Virus record (IMG/VR): IMGVR_UViG_3300010049_000009
Location: 256,001 to 320,000 of that record
Origin: a virus
Lineage: Duplodnaviria; Heunggongvirae; Uroviricota; Caudoviricetes
Length of the DNA stretch: 64,000 nt
Reading direction: 5' to 3' (one strand)
Shown: positions 20,244-31,213 of the stretch, piece by piece
Numbering within the stretch: position 1 is the stretch's first letter
Layout: the number at the start of each line of letters is the position of its first letter
Made by a program: the position numbers and the translations under genes
Notes under the pieces: generated by a model
What the model was told of the DNA's origin: nothing
What the model saw: the letters and a program-made list of their open reading frames with translations, nothing else
The model's database searches: none

Positions 20244-20258
20244 GTTAATTTATTTTTA

Positions 20259-20284
20259 TATAAATAGCATTGAAACTATTTATA
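20259..20284. promoter_or_regulatory. divergent pair of putative late promoters CTATTTATA
   Basis: TATAAATAG 20259-20267 (minus) and CTATTTATA 20276-20284 (plus). Confidence 0.65.
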
Positions 20285-20302
20285 ATAAAATAAATATTGT
20301 CA

Positions 20303-21457
20303 ATGATAACGAATGAACAGAAAAGTCTTTTTGAGTATGTGAGAATGAACATGGGTGCGCCCCTAGTCATTGTCCCCATTACAGACGACCAACTCTGTGT
20401 TCTTATGGATTTCTGTGTTAATGAATACCAAAAACACATGAATCAGTTTTTGATAACCCAAAACTTTGCGCAAGTATATGGTAAGAATATTCTGAATGAA
20501 AATGATTTAGCATGGAAACTAACATTCCGAAACTTTGATTATGCAAAACAATTCAGTTATTTCTTTTCAAAGGAAAAGGGGTTACAAGCACAAGGACCAT
20601 ACGAACTAAAAAAGGATTACTTTTTGGTGGAAAAGGGTAAACAGAGTTATGTGATACCGGCTGGTAGGGCGATCAATAGTGTATTATATGTAACACCAAA
20701 CACAACAGACCCAGCATTAATGAGTGGAGTAGGTGGTTTTGGTGGTGCAGAAGGACAAATATCGGGTTTTGGTGGTATTGGTGCAGGTGCTTATGGTATA
20801 AGTGGTTCATTCGGTATGCCCGGAATGGGTGCTTCTACATACAGTGGTGCGGGTGTTGGTGGTGCTTTTATGATGCCAGCCTATGATTTCACCCTTTTGG
20901 CAGCAGATATGAATATGAAACAAAAATTAACCGGAAGAGAATTGGTGTATAAAATTACAGCAATGGAAAGTGGTGAACATATTATCCACATTTACGGTGA
21001 TAAATTTTGGCAAAGCCCCCATTTCTTCGGTAGGGGAAGACAATGTGCTGTGTGGTACACTTATTATGATAGTACTGATCCGGATGAGTGTGCGAGAGTA
21101 AATTCCGAAGTTATGTTGTCACCCGATCAATATCCCATATCTTCAAGAAAATATGAATTTATGAACGCCAACGCCAAACAAACCATTCAAGCATTGTTAG
21201 CAGCAAAAGCAAAACAAGTGGTTGGTTATACAAAAGGTTATGCAAGTGGTGAAATAAAGATTGATGACGCAGTAATGAAATTAGATTACACTATGTTTAT
21301 CAATGACGGAAAAGCGGAATGGGAAAAAGAAATACAAGCGTTGGATACTTGGTTAGAAACTCTATTACCACACCACTTGTTAGCTAAACAAAAAGAAATG
21401 ATTGAAAGTATGCGCGCAATTATGAGTGGTACACCATTGCAAATATATGTGTATTAA
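20303..21457 (+). CDS. neck/head-completion protein (T4 gp13-like)
   Basis: YVRMNMGAPLVIVPITDDQL...F N-terminus and P.QIYV C-terminus, as in gp13-type neck proteins. Confidence 0.7.
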   Translation: MITNEQKSLFEYVRMNMGAPLVIVPITDDQLCVLMDFCVNEYQKHMNQFLITQNFAQVYGKNILNENDLAWKLTFRNFDYAKQFSYFFSKEKGLQAQGPYELKKDYFLVEKGKQSYVIPAGRAINSVLYVTPNTTDPALMSGVGGFGGAEGQISGFGGIGAGAYGISGSFGMPGMGASTYSGAGVGGAFMMPAYDFTLLAADMNMKQKLTGRELVYKITAMESGEHIIHIYGDKFWQSPHFFGRGRQCAVWYTYYDSTDPDECARVNSEVMLSPDQYPISSRKYEFMNANAKQTIQALLAAKAKQVVGYTKGYASGEIKIDDAVMKLDYTMFINDGKAEWEKEIQALDTWLETLLPHHLLAKQKEMIESMRAIMSGTPLQIYVY

Positions 21458-21481
21458 TAAAAATAATGTAAATTAGAAATT

Positions 21482-23188
21482 ATGTTAAAGATAAAAACAT
21501 TCGCAAATAAATCGTCAACCATAGTATTCGATAGCAATAATAACTTCGGAGCCAATCCGATTCTATCCGCTTTCTATGGTCGTGGTGGGTTTAGTCGCAT
21601 ATTAATACAATTCAAACTTGATTATATTCGCCAATTTGTACAAGATAAAACCTTTCCCGATTTATGTAAAATGAAACACACGTTGAAAATGTGGAATTGT
21701 GGAAATATGGATTTCCGCAGTTATACTTCCCCATGTCCAACGATTAACTTACAAACAGCAGCCCGCGCACAAAGTTTTGAACTTATTATGTTCAAAATTC
21801 CACAATATTGGGATAACGGTCGAGGATATGATGCCGATAACATTAACCATGTCAGCACAACATTATGTGGAACCAACCTATTCGACCAACATATCAGTTG
21901 TGACGGTGTAACTTGGCATCAAGCAAGAACAGAATGGCAATGGGGTGTGGGTATTTTGGGGCACTATGACCACCTTTTATTCAAACCGGAACGAGAATAT
22001 TTTAGATTAGACGAAGAAAATAGAAGTAGTAATTTAGACGAATTAAATCTTATTCAACTTAATTATATTTACGATAAATACGGAAACGTTTTATACCCAA
22101 TAGAAGAATCATTTCCTTACGAAGGAGTTTCAAAAGGAATTTATTCAGAAAAATTTCTTGAAGAACAATATTTTAGATTTAATAATAACCAATCAAGTGT
22201 TATTTTAAGGTCAAAACATTTTGAATATGGTAACGAAAACCTTACGTGGGACATATCAGACATAATTACCGATTGGTTAATTAGAGAAAACCCATATAAT
22301 TTAGTAAATCACGGATTCGCAATATGTTTTGCACCCGAATATAATAAAATAATGTGTGATATTCCACAGTGTATCAACTTCTTCGGACATAATTGTAGTA
22401 ATTTCTTTGAACCCTATATTGAAACCTCTTATGAGGATACCATTTTAGATGATAGACAAAATTTTCATTTAGATATTCCGAATAGACTTTACTTTTATTT
22501 TAATCGTATGGGTCATGGTATTAATTTGAATTGGAAAAAGTCTGAAAAACCTGTGTGTACAATAACAGGAACATTGGAAGATGGTAGTGAATATGTGGAA
22601 ACACCCGAAGTTCACCAAGCAACAAAGGGGGTTTATTATGTGGATGTTGAATTATCAGAAGGTGATACAAGTGCCAATCGTATGTTTTATGACGAATGGT
22701 CCAATCTTTCATATTACGATTGTAAGAAAGATAAAAACATAAATGTCGCAGATAAAACATTAGAATTTACCACAAGAGACCCTGACGAATTATATTCATA
22801 CGGTGATAATGATTCTATGCCGAAAAAATATTCGGTAACTTGTAGTGGGATAAGTTATAATGAAAAGGTAAGAAGAGATGATGGTATTCGCAAACTTATG
22901 TTTGAATTTGCGTTACAATACACATATAATCAAGTAGCACTTATTGACGAAGCAAAGTGTATGCTTTTTATAAAAGACGGATATAACAAAATTATTGATG
23001 TGTGGGAAGATTGGCAACCAATCAACCGAACATTCAATTCAAATTATATTCTATTTGATTGTCAATCTTATCTTCCAAACAAATATTATTTAGATGTTAT
23101 TACGACCTCGAATGGTGAGGTAAAACGACACGTAGAGGTTTTAAGTTTTGATATTATTTCAAATGAAACGGGAGGGCATTATGTATAA
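21482..23188 (+). CDS. probable virion structural protein
   Basis: 568 aa, beta-rich, SRILIQF...W..G.G...W pattern; co-transcribed with the neck gene. Confidence 0.55.
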   Translation: MLKIKTFANKSSTIVFDSNNNFGANPILSAFYGRGGFSRILIQFKLDYIRQFVQDKTFPDLCKMKHTLKMWNCGNMDFRSYTSPCPTINLQTAARAQSFELIMFKIPQYWDNGRGYDADNINHVSTTLCGTNLFDQHISCDGVTWHQARTEWQWGVGILGHYDHLLFKPEREYFRLDEENRSSNLDELNLIQLNYIYDKYGNVLYPIEESFPYEGVSKGIYSEKFLEEQYFRFNNNQSSVILRSKHFEYGNENLTWDISDIITDWLIRENPYNLVNHGFAICFAPEYNKIMCDIPQCINFFGHNCSNFFEPYIETSYEDTILDDRQNFHLDIPNRLYFYFNRMGHGINLNWKKSEKPVCTITGTLEDGSEYVETPEVHQATKGVYYVDVELSEGDTSANRMFYDEWSNLSYYDCKKDKNINVADKTLEFTTRDPDELYSYGDNDSMPKKYSVTCSGISYNEKVRRDDGIRKLMFEFALQYTYNQVALIDEAKCMLFIKDGYNKIIDVWEDWQPINRTFNSNYILFDCQSYLPNKYYLDVITTSNGEVKRHVEVLSFDIISNETGGHYV

Positions 23189-23585
23189 TGGCACTGATTA
23201 TCTAAAACGATTTAACGAATTATCTGCTTACAACCGCCAAAGAGGTGTAATAAAAGAAGAGCGGAATCAGTTGGATATGGTAAAAAAAATTGTGAAATTT
23301 TTAAATGATAATTATACTCCCGGTGAAACCACCACAGTAACTATTGATGGACGCGTTACCAAAAAAAAGGTTATCGGTATACGAGCAAATGATAGTAAAA
23401 ACATAAATTTAATGGTTGCACAAATCTCACCATTAGATGTTTTCTTTCGTGTTGAAGAAGAATTTAAAGGTGATATTGAAAAATCCAAAAAGCGGGATAT
23501 ATTTTTGAAGAACGTGATAATTGATTGGTTCAATGGGTTCGATGGTTTAAAAAATGGTATCCTTTCAAAAAATTTATCATACTAA
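23181..23585 (+). CDS. probable head-packaged protein
   Basis: Leader YLKRFNELSAY...VIKEE. Confidence 0.55.
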   Translation: MYNGTDYLKRFNELSAYNRQRGVIKEERNQLDMVKKIVKFLNDNYTPGETTTVTIDGRVTKKKVIGIRANDSKNINLMVAQISPLDVFFRVEEEFKGDIEKSKKRDIFLKNVIIDWFNGFDGLKNGILSKNLSY

Positions 23586-23663
23586 ATGGTAATTCCTGTT
23601 GTTTTATTGCAACAAAAACAGTTTTTTTGTAGAAAATAATAATAATAATTTAATTGTTATATA

Positions 23664-26378
23664 ATGGATAATAATGAAATGGTAACTCCTCATGTAAATG
23701 AAAATGTGAGTGTTCTTGAGGAAACGATAAAGTACTTCAATGGTGATAAAAATGTCGCAAACATTTTTTCAGAAAAATACTCCTTTAATAAATCTGAAAC
23801 ACCACGTCAAGTCTATTTAAGAGAAGCAAATGAACTCGCTAAAATCGAATATAGATATGAAAAAAACATAACAAAAGAAATATGGGATAAATTAACCCCA
23901 TACGGCAAACACCGATATCGTTATATAGGTGATAACGATAATACTGATCGTAAGGAAATGTGGAGTAAAATTTTTGATCTATTATATGGTCAAGAAATTT
24001 GTTCGGGTGGTTCAGTGACTTCAACAGTAGGAACCGGCGAATTATCTTCTATATCCAACTGTACGGTTATAGAATCACCACACGATTCCCTTATTGGTCT
24101 CAATAGAAGTGCAATGGAAATGCAACTTTTAGCAAAAAGACGTTGTGGTGTTGGTATGGATATATCAACTATCAGACCCGAAGGTGCGATTGTTAATAAT
24201 CAATCAAAAATATCGGCGGGTGTTGTATTATGGATGAATAAATATTCCAACGCAATTAATGAAGTAGCGCAAAGTAATAGACGTGGTGCTCTATTATTGT
24301 CAATACATTGTATGCACCCCGACGTATTATCATTTATTCTTGCAAAGAAAGATTTGACAAAAGTAACCGGTGCTAACATCAGTGTCAAGTGGACAGACGA
24401 ATTTTGGGCGGCGTTAGATAATAATGGTGATTGGATTACCACATTTCCCGTTGAAATTCCAATAACAGATCAAATAATTGAAGCAGTAAAAGACGTAGAT
24501 TATAATGTACTCACCTCTATTGGAAACGAAATATACGTCAAAAAACTCAAAGCACGAGATTTGTGGAACACATTTATAAAATGTTCATGGCAAAGTGGTG
24601 AACCGGGTGGTTTCTTATGGTCAAAGATTATTGATTTTAGTCCAAATAGTGTTTATAAAACCTTACGTGCTATAACAACCAATCCGTGCGGCGAAATAGA
24701 TCTAGCTGCCAATGATTCTTGTCGTCTTATACACAAAAATTTGACAAAATGTGTGGAGTATCCATATGTAAGAGACCGACAAAAATTAAATGAAAATAAA
24801 TTATACAGACTTGCTTACGAAAACGTGTGTCTAGGGGATAATATTGTGGATTTGGAAGTAGATGCAATTGACAGAATATTAAATTCTATTGATCCATTCT
24901 ATATGAAAACACATCTTTGGGATGATAGTGATTTGGAAAATGATATTAAATCATATAAATTACATTGTATTCATAGTGATAAAGAAATAAATGACGAATT
25001 TATTCTATGGTTGAAATTCCGTGATAAGGGGTTACAAGGTAGGCGTTGTGGTTGTGGATTACTCGGTTGGGGTGATATGTACGCTATGTTGGGTGTTCCC
25101 TATGGTGACGAAGAAACCACCAAAAAAGTAATGCGAATAGTTTTCAAAGCAGAACTCGATGCGCAATATGATTTGGCAATCATACGAGGACCATTCCCAT
25201 TGTGGGATAGAAATTTGGAATTTGGTTTTACAGACGGTCAATTAGTTGGTAAAAATGATTTCTACCAATGGATGTTGGAAGAGTTTCCCAAAGAAACCGA
25301 AAGAATGTTTATGAATGGTAGACGTAATTCTTCGTGGAGTACGGTAGCACCAACAGGCACAAAGGGGTTAATAGCACAGGTTACAAGTGGTATAGAACCA
25401 ATATTTCAACCTTATTACATAAGAAGAAAGAAGGTTTATTCAGACCAAGCACATGATTTTGTTGATAAAGACGGGCAAAAATTCACAAGTTATGTCATAG
25501 TTCACCACGGATTAGAACAATGGTTAAAAGATGGTAATTTCAGTTATCACAAATTAACCGAAAACTGTAAAGAAGAGGATTGGAAGGAAATCTATAAATC
25601 ATCCCCTTACTATTTACAATCTTCACATGATCTAAACACCGAAACACGTGTTAAAACACAGGGAATGATACAACAATATATAACAGAAAGTATTAGTTCT
25701 ACTGTGAATTTGAAGAAAACCGCAACCATAAAAGACGTAGAAGATTGTTATATAATGGCACGAAAATATGGTTTGAAGGGTATAACAGTATATCGTGATG
25801 GTTGTAGAGCAGGAATATTGGTTACAAAGAATGATAGTTGCGAAGAATTTATTGAAAGATCGGCTCCTAAACGACCAAAAGTACTACCTGCCGACCTATA
25901 TAAGGTCAAATATAAAGGTAAAACTTGGATAGTAACCGTTGGTTTATACTGTGATAGACCATACGAACTGTTCGTTTTTGAACCCGATTTAGAAACAGTT
26001 GAATTATATGTTCCGAGTTATGGTAAAATAAATGACCACAAAGGTATTATTACCAAAGTATCGAAAGGATGTTATGAATTTAAGTCAGATTTGATTAGAA
26101 TACCCGATATGGAAAAATATAATTCGGTTGAAGAAAAAGCACACGTGTATAGAACCTCGTTGGAATTGCGACACGGAACACCATTAAAATATCTTATTAA
26201 TGTTATTAAGAGATATGATGATAATGTAACTTCGTTCAGTTCTTTGACAGGAAAAATACTTTCAAAGTATATCAAAGAACCCGAAAACTTGGATGAAAAA
26301 TGTCCACAGTGTGGGGAAACACAATTAATTAGAGAAATTGGTTGTGTAAGTTGTACCTGCGGTTGGAGTAAATGTTAA
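23664..26378 (+). CDS. nrdJ: class II (adenosylcobalamin-dependent) ribonucleotide reductase
   Basis: SNC, RRGA, ANISV, GEPG, TNPCGEI, TVAPTGT, GIEP, KGITVYRDGCR; C-terminal Zn-ribbon. Confidence 0.92.
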   Translation: MDNNEMVTPHVNENVSVLEETIKYFNGDKNVANIFSEKYSFNKSETPRQVYLREANELAKIEYRYEKNITKEIWDKLTPYGKHRYRYIGDNDNTDRKEMWSKIFDLLYGQEICSGGSVTSTVGTGELSSISNCTVIESPHDSLIGLNRSAMEMQLLAKRRCGVGMDISTIRPEGAIVNNQSKISAGVVLWMNKYSNAINEVAQSNRRGALLLSIHCMHPDVLSFILAKKDLTKVTGANISVKWTDEFWAALDNNGDWITTFPVEIPITDQIIEAVKDVDYNVLTSIGNEIYVKKLKARDLWNTFIKCSWQSGEPGGFLWSKIIDFSPNSVYKTLRAITTNPCGEIDLAANDSCRLIHKNLTKCVEYPYVRDRQKLNENKLYRLAYENVCLGDNIVDLEVDAIDRILNSIDPFYMKTHLWDDSDLENDIKSYKLHCIHSDKEINDEFILWLKFRDKGLQGRRCGCGLLGWGDMYAMLGVPYGDEETTKKVMRIVFKAELDAQYDLAIIRGPFPLWDRNLEFGFTDGQLVGKNDFYQWMLEEFPKETERMFMNGRRNSSWSTVAPTGTKGLIAQVTSGIEPIFQPYYIRRKKVYSDQAHDFVDKDGQKFTSYVIVHHGLEQWLKDGNFSYHKLTENCKEEDWKEIYKSSPYYLQSSHDLNTETRVKTQGMIQQYITESISSTVNLKKTATIKDVEDCYIMARKYGLKGITVYRDGCRAGILVTKNDSCEEFIERSAPKRPKVLPADLYKVKYKGKTWIVTVGLYCDRPYELFVFEPDLETVELYVPSYGKINDHKGIITKVSKGCYEFKSDLIRIPDMEKYNSVEEKAHVYRTSLELRHGTPLKYLINVIKRYDDNVTSFSSLTGKILSKYIKEPENLDEKCPQCGETQLIREIGCVSCTCGWSKC

Positions 26379-26404
26379 GAAATAAATTTAATAAAAATAG
26401 TAAA

Positions 26405-26623
26405 ATGAAAATAGAAACAGGATTATCCCTTACGTCACTTTTGTTCATAGTATTTGTGGTACTAAAATTGACAAATCACATTGATTGGAGTTGGTGGTGG
26501 ATAACAGCACCACTTTGGGGTCCATTTGGTTTAGTGGTTGGTGGTATAGTACTAATTGGTCTTGGAGTTGGATTAGTTCAACTAATTAGAGCGTTAGTTG
26601 CTATATTCATGAAAAAGAAATGA
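26405..26623 (+). CDS. small membrane protein
   Basis: LFIVFVVLKLT..IDWSWWWITAPLW, a common phage TM motif. Confidence 0.75.
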   Translation: MKIETGLSLTSLLFIVFVVLKLTNHIDWSWWWITAPLWGPFGLVVGGIVLIGLGVGLVQLIRALVAIFMKKK

Positions 26624-26625
26624 GG

Positions 26626-26652
26626 ATCGGATTAATTTATTGTTTTTATATT
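26626..26652 (+). promoter_or_regulatory. phage promoter ATCGGA-N15-TATATT
   Basis: Intergenic, upstream of the helicase. Confidence 0.75.
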
Positions 26653-26680
26653 ATAGAAAACATAAACAAATTAATATAAT

Positions 26681-28606
26681 ATGAAAGCAAGTAAATATCA
26701 AGAAGCGATCTATGATTGGGTAAAAAATGGTAAAGGAAGTTGTGTAGTTGAGGCTATCGCCGGATCGGGTAAAACTACTGTGTTGAAAGATGTGGTAAAA
26801 CTCATTCCTGACGACAAAAGAGTGTTGATGATAGCCTTCAACAAAAGTATTGTTGATGAACTTCAAAGAAAAATCCAACAATCGAATACAAAGATATGTA
26901 CATCACATTCATTGGGTTTTCTTATGTTGAAACAACATTTCAAATATCAAGATTACACCCCACAACTAAATGTAGATGAATACAAATATCGTACCTACAT
27001 TAAAAGGGAATTAAAAACCCTTACATTGGGCATTGAGTTTAAGGATAGAACAGAAGCGGAAGAGTTTAAAGAAGTAATTCTATCTTTGATTGATTTGTGT
27101 CGCTTTTACTTGTGTGAAACCAACGAACAGATTGAAACAATCGCCGAAAAATATAACTTTTTAGTTAATTCAGACCACGTCAGAATTATTAAGAATGTTA
27201 TTAATTGGGGTAAAACAAACCTCGAAACAATAGACTTCGGAGATATGGTAAGTTTACCAAATTATCTGAATATTGTTATCAATTCGTGTAAGTATGATTG
27301 GGTGCTTGTTGACGAGGCACAGGATTTGAGCGTTGCCCAACAAGAGTTGGTCAAAAGAACTGCAAAGAAAGGTGGTACAAGGTTTATATACGTTGGTGAC
27401 GGTTCACAATGTATTCAAACATTTGCCGGAAGCGACAACGAAGCGTTTCAAAAATTGAAATCCCTTCCAAATACCATTTCACTACCATTGTCAATTAATT
27501 ATAGATGTCCTTCATTTGTTGAGGGTCTTGCCCGACAATTTGTACCAAACTTCGAGGTTTTCAATAAACAAAGAGCAGGTATAACAAGACGTAATGTTCG
27601 TGTGGTAGACATTAAAAATAACTCTATGGTTATTTGTCGCAAAACACAACCACTGATTGAACTCTATCTTATGTTAATCAAAGAAAACAGAAAGTGTTAT
27701 ATCAAGGGGTTGGATATTGGAAACACCATTATTGAGGTGATAGAAAGATTGGATACACCATATATCGCCGCTGATTTGAGAGGTGATGGTGTAATACCAA
27801 AATTGTATAAACAATTATTTGAGCATCGGGATTCTATTATGAAGAAATTCAAAATTGACGTGTATGATGCCACAAATGAGAGTTTCTTCCAGCGAAAACT
27901 CGAAACAATTAACGTTATAAAGGCGTTGTCAGAAGGAATTACCGAAACATACCAACTGATAGATAAATGTAAGAGGGTTTTCAGACAACAAAACACTGAC
28001 GGTATTTGTTTGATAACAAACCATAAAGCCAAAGGGTTGGAAAATGATGTTGTCTATCATCTTTGTCCGTCATTGCTTCCCGACAAAAGAGCAAAAAAAG
28101 ATTGGGAAATACAGACAGAACAAAATTTAGAATATGTTCTTTACACCCGGACAAAAAATGAGTTTTATACCATATCGGAAGAGGATTTTCCTCCACCACA
28201 AGGTAGTAAAGATATAAAAGAATTAGTGGCATATCTCAAAGAGGTTGAACATATGTTAAGTAGAAAAACAACAGATGTTGAGAAGTCAAATGTTACAAAG
28301 AAGTTAGAACCACCTAAACCCAAGACCGAATCACAAAAAAAGGCGAGTGATTTAATGGATAAGGTAATGGAAAAGAAAAAAGAAGAGTTTGCTCTTATCC
28401 AAAAGTATAACCGAATTATGGTTGGTAAAACAATTGAAGATTGTTATATTATCTTCAATGATTTCGGAATAACATCTGACATTAATATCGCCACAATCAA
28501 CGGAAAACCGTATGAGGGTAGAAAAAAGGGTAAAAAAGATACAATTAACGTTGATATTGATGATCATAAATTAATAGTTTTAGAAGTAGTAAGAATAGGA
28601 AAATGA
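26681..28606 (+). CDS. UvrD/Rep-like superfamily 1 helicase
   Basis: AIAGSGKTT, VLVDEAQD, VGDGSQCI, LSINYRCP, HKAKGLE, YVLYTRTK. Confidence 0.92.
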   Translation: MKASKYQEAIYDWVKNGKGSCVVEAIAGSGKTTVLKDVVKLIPDDKRVLMIAFNKSIVDELQRKIQQSNTKICTSHSLGFLMLKQHFKYQDYTPQLNVDEYKYRTYIKRELKTLTLGIEFKDRTEAEEFKEVILSLIDLCRFYLCETNEQIETIAEKYNFLVNSDHVRIIKNVINWGKTNLETIDFGDMVSLPNYLNIVINSCKYDWVLVDEAQDLSVAQQELVKRTAKKGGTRFIYVGDGSQCIQTFAGSDNEAFQKLKSLPNTISLPLSINYRCPSFVEGLARQFVPNFEVFNKQRAGITRRNVRVVDIKNNSMVICRKTQPLIELYLMLIKENRKCYIKGLDIGNTIIEVIERLDTPYIAADLRGDGVIPKLYKQLFEHRDSIMKKFKIDVYDATNESFFQRKLETINVIKALSEGITETYQLIDKCKRVFRQQNTDGICLITNHKAKGLENDVVYHLCPSLLPDKRAKKDWEIQTEQNLEYVLYTRTKNEFYTISEEDFPPPQGSKDIKELVAYLKEVEHMLSRKTTDVEKSNVTKKLEPPKPKTESQKKASDLMDKVMEKKKEEFALIQKYNRIMVGKTIEDCYIIFNDFGITSDINIATINGKPYEGRKKGKKDTINVDIDDHKLIVLEVVRIGK

Positions 28607-28845
28607 AAGTAGTAATAACATTTAAAGTAGATGAGGAAACATTAGAAATGGCAATCCGAAACGCCTTGTATTATCGCATAAAAGTTAATAAAACAAACTT
28701 ATTGCAAATTATCAAAGACGAGGTTCATGGAAAAGGTCATTCTGTAATTGATTTTCCCGAACATTGGGGAGACGACTTAATGGATATAGATGACGAAGAA
28801 GTTGAAATGTTAGTAAACAAGTATAGAAACTTAATAGGTAAATAA
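28603..28845 (+). CDS. hypothetical protein
   Basis: 80-aa ORF, ATGA overlap. Confidence 0.65.
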   Translation: MKVVITFKVDEETLEMAIRNALYYRIKVNKTNLLQIIKDEVHGKGHSVIDFPEHWGDDLMDIDDEEVEMLVNKYRNLIGK

Positions 28846-28901
28846 AATGAAAAAGATTGAGTATTTTGTGGTAAAAGAAGTCGGAGAATTAACCGTATAA
28901 C

Positions 28902-28928
28902 ATCGGAATAATATTCCAATTTTATATT
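28902..28928 (+). promoter_or_regulatory. phage promoter ATCGGA-N15-TATATT (metK distal)
   Basis: Exact match. Confidence 0.75.
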
Positions 28929-28971
28929 AGGTGTTATAATATCAAAAATATTTGAGATAGACAAGAAGTAC

Positions 28972-28998
28972 ATCGGATTAATATTTTGATTTTATATT
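28972..28998 (+). promoter_or_regulatory. phage promoter ATCGGA-N15-TATATT (metK proximal)
   Basis: Exact match, 70 bp after the distal copy. Confidence 0.75.
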
Positions 28999-29046
28999 AG
29001 TGAACATATAAACGATATATTTTTTTAACAAATTAAATTTTTAAAT

Positions 29047-30201
29047 ATGAATAGTATAGTAAAAACGATTAGTAGCGAATACGTAAGTAGTGGACACCCC
29101 GATAAAATGGCGGATTGGATTGCAGATGCAATTGTGGATGCATGTCTCAGAGAAGACCCAAACTCTCGTTGTGGAGTTGAAGTAATGGTAAAAGATAACA
29201 TAGTTGTCTTGGGTGGCGAAATAAAAACGAACGCGGTTAAAACAAACTTTGAAAACATTGTAAAAGATACGTATGCAATTTTGGCTTTTCCTCATAACCA
29301 TAATCTTGATCCTTCAAACATTAAGGTTATAAACTTGATTGGAAAACAATCCGTTGAAATCAACCAAGGAGTTGATAGGGAAGATGGTGAAATCGGGGCT
29401 GGAGACCAGGGTCACGTTTGGGGTTATGCTTCTAACGACACAGATGTTTTTATGCCGTTAGGACATTACATTGCCAAAAAAATTGCAAACTATGTGTCAA
29501 AACAACCATTTTTGGGTCCTGACACAAAAAGTCAAGTTATTGTTAATGAAAGCGCAACCGGAAAAGAAGTAACCTATATTTTGGTAAGTACAATGCACCA
29601 AGTATTAACCCTCGATGAGGTGCGTGACCAAGTGCGCCAAATGATACTTACAAACGAAATGGGGTTAAGTGAAGATATATTCAAAAAATATATCAACTCA
29701 GTCATTAAGATTGATGTCAATCCATGCGGAAGTTGGAATGTGGGTGGACCCGTGAGTGATGCGGGTGTTACGGGAAGAAAATTGGTAGTAGATGCCTTCG
29801 GTGGTTATGCAAGAATTGGTGGGGGTGCTACCAGCGGCAAAGATATGTCAAAGGTTGATAGGTCTGCCCAATACGCCTGTCGTTGGTTAGCGAAAAATAT
29901 TGTGGCGGCAGGTATCGCCGACACTGCCGAAGTTGGATTAAGTTATGCAATTGGTGTAGTAGAACCTTGTTCAATCAACATTGAATTGAATAGAAACCAA
30001 GAACTTGTACCGGCAATATTGGAATACATTGTAAGAAACGTCAGATTGACCCCAAAAGCAATTATGGAGAGATTTGATTTCGCAAACCCACGATTTGAAA
30101 TAGTTACCTGTGAGGGTGCATATGGACACAATGACAATTCCATAACATTTCCTTGGGAGAATTTGAATCTCAAATATGATTTAGTAGGTTTGTTAAAATA
30201 A
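29047..30201 (+). CDS. metK: S-adenosylmethionine synthetase
   Basis: GHPDK, GAGDQG, D.KSQV, GGP..DAGVTGRK, GGGA.SGKD.SKVDRS. Confidence 0.96.
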   Translation: MNSIVKTISSEYVSSGHPDKMADWIADAIVDACLREDPNSRCGVEVMVKDNIVVLGGEIKTNAVKTNFENIVKDTYAILAFPHNHNLDPSNIKVINLIGKQSVEINQGVDREDGEIGAGDQGHVWGYASNDTDVFMPLGHYIAKKIANYVSKQPFLGPDTKSQVIVNESATGKEVTYILVSTMHQVLTLDEVRDQVRQMILTNEMGLSEDIFKKYINSVIKIDVNPCGSWNVGGPVSDAGVTGRKLVVDAFGGYARIGGGATSGKDMSKVDRSAQYACRWLAKNIVAAGIADTAEVGLSYAIGVVEPCSINIELNRNQELVPAILEYIVRNVRLTPKAIMERFDFANPRFEIVTCEGAYGHNDNSITFPWENLNLKYDLVGLLK

Positions 30202-30218
30202 ATATATGTTTGTATCTG

Positions 30219-30256
30219 AACCCCCATTTTTGGAAAATTAAGAATGGGGGTTTTTT
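30219..30256 (+). terminator. intrinsic terminator after metK
   Basis: AACCCCCATT...AATGGGGGTT followed by a T tract. Confidence 0.85.
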
Positions 30257-30259
30257 AAA

Positions 30260-30282
30260 ATGATTATCCGCAATAATACCCC
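30260..30282 (+). repeat. 23-bp motif copy 1 ATGATTATCCGCAATAATACCCC(GAA)
   Basis: Read directly from the sequence. Confidence 0.9.
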
Positions 30283-30299
30283 GAAAAATCCGAAAACAG

Positions 30300-30326
30300 A
30301 TCGGATAAATAACTTCTATTTATATT
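30300..30326 (+). promoter_or_regulatory. composite promoter: ATCGGA-N15-TATATT overlapping CTATTTATA (30316-30324)
   Basis: Both phage promoter motifs lie upstream of the ATG at 30336. Confidence 0.7.
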
Positions 30327-30335
30327 AGGGGTAAA

Positions 30336-31196
30336 ATGATAAAATTTAGTGATATGACAAATGAACAAAAAATAATAGTAGAAGCGGCAGCGAAACGTTT
30401 CCAAACTTTATCCGGTGTGGATAACATTATAATAAAGGAAAGTAACGTGAATAGAATTAGACATTGGGTAACAACCAAAGAAATTGCTATTATTAGTGGT
30501 TGGCGCGATGAAATAAAAGATGTTGTTTCAAACACCGAAAATCAGTGGGATATTGAAAATGTGGGTACAAAACTTACCACAAGTGAAAAAAAAGTAAGAA
30601 ATAGAGAATTAAAATCTACGTTATCTACTTTAGAATATGGTATAACACCAATCAAAGGTAATTTTTGGGAACGATACGGAACAAATAATCAAGTTGAAGT
30701 TAGAGAAGACTCCTACTTTGTTGTTAATTTGAATGATGACCCTAATTTTTTCAAAAATATTTTTGAACTCGGTGTTTATTATAATCAAGACGCTATACTA
30801 CATTCACCAAAAGGTAGTATTGAAGGGTCTTTAATTGGTACTAATAATTGTGAGTATTTTGGATATGGAACCAAAAGAAAAGCAGGAAATTTCATGTCCA
30901 ATGTTGAAAGTGAATTTATGAGTAGAATTGGGAGTATGGGTTTTAGTTTTGTTGAAAAAGAAAAAACAAGAAAAGATTCTAAACCAACTTTTGATGATAG
31001 AAAAAAAATAAGAACTGATAATAATGGTGTTGTATCCAACAAAGATATATCAGAAAGTTTAGACGTAGTATTCACACTTGGATTTGCTGCAAGACATTTA
31101 TGTAATGAAGAAGCGAGAAAAATCTTAATTCCATTAGGGTTAACAAATGAAGGAAAACGAATTGGGTATAAAAATTATCGTAATTTTTTAGTTTAA
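30336..31196 (+). CDS. T3 SAMase-like SAM lyase candidate with head-targeting leader
   Basis: IAIISGWR...RNRELKSTL...GNFWE...REDSYFV...LGVYYNQDAIL parallels my recollection of T3 gp0.3 (VSAFR...GCYRE...EEKTVRV...WEQDCVL). Confidence 0.6.
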   Translation: MIKFSDMTNEQKIIVEAAAKRFQTLSGVDNIIIKESNVNRIRHWVTTKEIAIISGWRDEIKDVVSNTENQWDIENVGTKLTTSEKKVRNRELKSTLSTLEYGITPIKGNFWERYGTNNQVEVREDSYFVVNLNDDPNFFKNIFELGVYYNQDAILHSPKGSIEGSLIGTNNCEYFGYGTKRKAGNFMSNVESEFMSRIGSMGFSFVEKEKTRKDSKPTFDDRKKIRTDNNGVVSNKDISESLDVVFTLGFAARHLCNEEARKILIPLGLTNEGKRIGYKNYRNFLV

Positions 31197-31213
31197 CAAA
31201 TGAAAGGGATAAT

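Noticed and set aside
23664-28606. Inteins or introns in nrdJ or the helicase
   Set aside because: No intein splice motifs (C/S...HN-C/S/T) or homing endonuclease motifs recognised; lengths are explained by ordinary insertions and C-terminal domains.
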